NCBI GenBank assembly: GCA_963660255.1
Contig: CAVKYA010000001.1
Span: 1-35,097 of the forward strand
DNA length: 35,097 nucleotides
Source: Bacteroidaceae bacterium
GTDB taxonomy: Bacteria > Bacteroidota > Bacteroidia > Bacteroidales > UBA932
Direction of reading: 5' to 3'
The notes below the pieces were generated by a model. It was given only the letters and a program-made list of their open reading frames with translations. It had not been told where the DNA came from and ran no database searches. Shown in pieces: positions 33,202 to 35,097 of this stretch (positions are counted from its first letter, which is position 1; each line of letters begins with the position of its first letter). The translations under genes and the position numbers were made by a program.

Positions 33202-35097
33202 TTAGAATGTTATCTGTGCTCCGAATGTCACCTGTCTCATAAGAGGATAGCCGATTGTGGCACCCTTCTCCGGATCAAGTCCAGGATATTTTGTGAAGGT
33301 GAGAAGGTTCTCTCCTGAGGCGAAGAACCTGAGCTGCTGTACGAAGAACTTCCTGGTCAGTGATGCCGGAAGCGTGTAGCCGATCTGCACGTTCTTGAGC
33401 TTCAGGTAGTCACCCTTATATTCATAGAACTCGCTTGGGAGCCTGTTGCTGTGAGGGTCTCCGTAGGTGAGCCTCGGGTAGGTCCCGTAGATGTTCGTCC
33501 TTGTGTCCTCCGTGTTGTCAGGATCGAAGAAGTAGTGATCGTTGGCCACCCTCTCGCTGATTCCGTGTCCGTTGGTCGTCTGGGTTCCGTTGTAGTACAA
33601 GGTGTTCCAGATGATGTGGAAGTCGAACGCACCGGACCAGGTCATACTGAAGTCCAGGCCTTTCCAGGCGAATCCGAGGTTGATTCCAAGGTTGTAGGAA
33701 GGGGTGCTTGTGTGTCCGTTGAAGTCCATATCGTCATCGTCACCATAGTTGCCGTCCCCGTCCCTGTCCTCGTAGATGAGGTCTCCGTACCAGAGCTGGT
33801 CTTTGTTGAGGGATGTGACTCCGTTGAACTTGTAGCCTGAGTCAAGCATAGCCTGCACCCAGTCGAAGTCGGTCTGTGTCCTGATCATACCGTCCTTAGG
33901 ACCGGCGCCAGGGTCAACGGCTCCGCCTGTGTAACCCTTGCCGCTTCCTTTGTAAACCCTTCTGAGATAATGCTCTCCCATCGGATGGCCTTCGCAGAGT
34001 TTTCCGCTGCCGGAGTTGGCTGTTACGTTCGCGAGGTTGTTGGAGTACACTCCGTCAACCCATTCCTTCACCAGATCTCCCTTGAACTTGGTGACCTTGT
34101 TCTTGTTGTAGGAGAAGTTCACTCCGGCGAAGTAGCTGAAATCCTTGCCGATCTGGTCTCTCCAGTTGATCGAGAGCTCGACACCCTGGTTGACAAGGCT
34201 TCCGAGGTTGGAAGGCACTCCCGAGACCTCTCCCATCGTGAGGTAGATCGCAGGGGTGTAGAGGATGTCCGTCGTGTTCTTGAAATAGTAGTCAACCTCG
34301 GCTGTGAGCTTGTTGCCGAAGAATCCGGCGTCAATGCCGATGTCCGTAGTCGTGGTGGTCTCCCACTTAAGATCGGCGTTGCTGAGGGATGAGATGTACA
34401 GACCCTTTGTAGGCTGGCCTTCCAGGACCATATTCTGTGCTGCATAGACAGCCTGCCAAGCGTAGTTGCCGATTCCCTGGTTGTTTCCAGCCTGTCCCCA
34501 GGATGCCCTGAGCTTGAGGTTCGAGAGCCAACCCTTGGCGTTCTCCATAAAGTTTTCCTCGTGGATCTTCCAACCTGCCGAGAAAGACGGGAATATACCG
34601 TAGCGGTTGTTGCTTCCGAACCTTGATGATCCATCGGCGCGGAGATTGGCCTCGAACAGGTACTTGTCCTTGAACGTGTAGTTCACACGGCCGAAGTATG
34701 ACCTGAGGCCCCAACCAGCCCTGGCTGTGCTGGATGAAGTCTCCAGACTTTCATAAGTGGACAGGTCGTTGAGAGTCCAGTCTGTCGCTCCCTTCTTTCC
34801 GACACCCCATCCCCAAGTGCGGTACTCCATCGCTGAATATCCCGCGAGCACTCCGAGGAAATGGTCTCCGAAGGACTTGGTGTACCTTGCCAGGATTTCC
34901 GAAGACATACTGTAGTTGCGGCTTGTGGTGTTGCTGACGGATGCGTTGGCAAGCTCCGAGCTTGAGTAGCGCACGTCATTCATATAGTCCCAATAGCCGT
35001 TCTGGCGGCCGTAGGTGTGCCTTTCTCCGAATTGAGGGGAGTAGTTGACAGTGGCTTCGATGCTGAGTCCTTTGACAGGCCTGAGCTTGCCGTAGAG
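33202..35097 (-). CDS. SusC/RagA family TonB-dependent receptor, partial (5' end outside window)
   Basis: The frame is open to the window edge. SYFGRVNY, RADGSSRFG, FPSFSAGW, LKLRASWG, DLKWETT, YLKLKNVQIGY and DPE motifs; terminal Phe. Confidence 0.95.
   Translation of the reverse strand, partial: LYGKLRPVKGLSIEATVNYSPQFGERHTYGRQNGYWDYMNDVRYSSSELANASVSNTTSRNYSMSSEILARYTKSFGDHFLGVLAGYSAMEYRTWGWGVGKKGATDWTLNDLSTYESLETSSSTARAGWGLRSYFGRVNYTFKDKYLFEANLRADGSSRFGSNNRYGIFPSFSAGWKIHEENFMENAKGWLSNLKLRASWGQAGNNQGIGNYAWQAVYAAQNMVLEGQPTKGLYISSLSNADLKWETTTTTDIGIDAGFFGNKLTAEVDYYFKNTTDILYTPAIYLTMGEVSGVPSNLGSLVNQGVELSINWRDQIGKDFSYFAGVNFSYNKNKVTKFKGDLVKEWVDGVYSNNLANVTANSGSGKLCEGHPMGEHYLRRVYKGSGKGYTGGAVDPGAGPKDGMIRTQTDFDWVQAMLDSGYKFNGVTSLNKDQLWYGDLIYEDRDGDGNYGDDDDMDFNGHTSTPSYNLGINLGFAWKGLDFSMTWSGAFDFHIIWNTLYYNGTQTTNGHGISERVANDHYFFDPDNTEDTRTNIYGTYPRLTYGDPHSNRLPSEFYEYKGDYLKLKNVQIGYTLPASLTRKFFVQQLRFFASGENLLTFTKYPGLDPEKGATIGYPLMRQVTFGAQITF

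Noticed and set aside
1..35097. CRISPR array, IS element, prophage, rRNA or invertible promoter
   Set aside because: I saw no regularly spaced repeats, transposase, recombinase, phage genes or rRNA-like sequence.

Overview
Chromosomal segment of a gut or rumen Bacteroidales bacterium, inferred from SusC/SusD pairs, a hybrid two-component system, TAnnTTTG promoters and a Bacteroidetes-type REP palindrome. From left to right it holds: the end of a glycerophosphodiester cluster (partial DUF6528-like gene, ECF sigma factor, GDPD lipoprotein, GlpT-like MFS); a hairpin-rich ~430-bp intergenic region; a GH95 fucosidase-like gene; a 950-aa DUF4988/FN3-repeat lipoprotein; a solitary 173-aa hypothetical gene with a structured 5' leader; aqpZ; manC plus a glycosyltransferase; tRNA-Lys(TTT) and tRNA-Lys(CTT); a REP-like palindrome; and a hypothetical gene. 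The rest is on the minus strand: a probable glycosaminoglycan/polyuronide PUL (partial SusC, SusD, two lipoproteins, two heparinase II/III-like lyases, HTCS), followed by a second SusC-SusD-microlipoprotein-lipoprotein module with no CAZyme. I saw no integrase, transposase, reverse transcriptase or CRISPR array. The most interesting signal is the leader at 9916-10106 (-). There a 27-codon uORF overlaps one arm of a long-range stem whose other arm buries the downstream start codon, which fits a ribosome-sensing translational attenuator controlling an unknown protein. All family assignments come from motif recognition by eye, with no database search.
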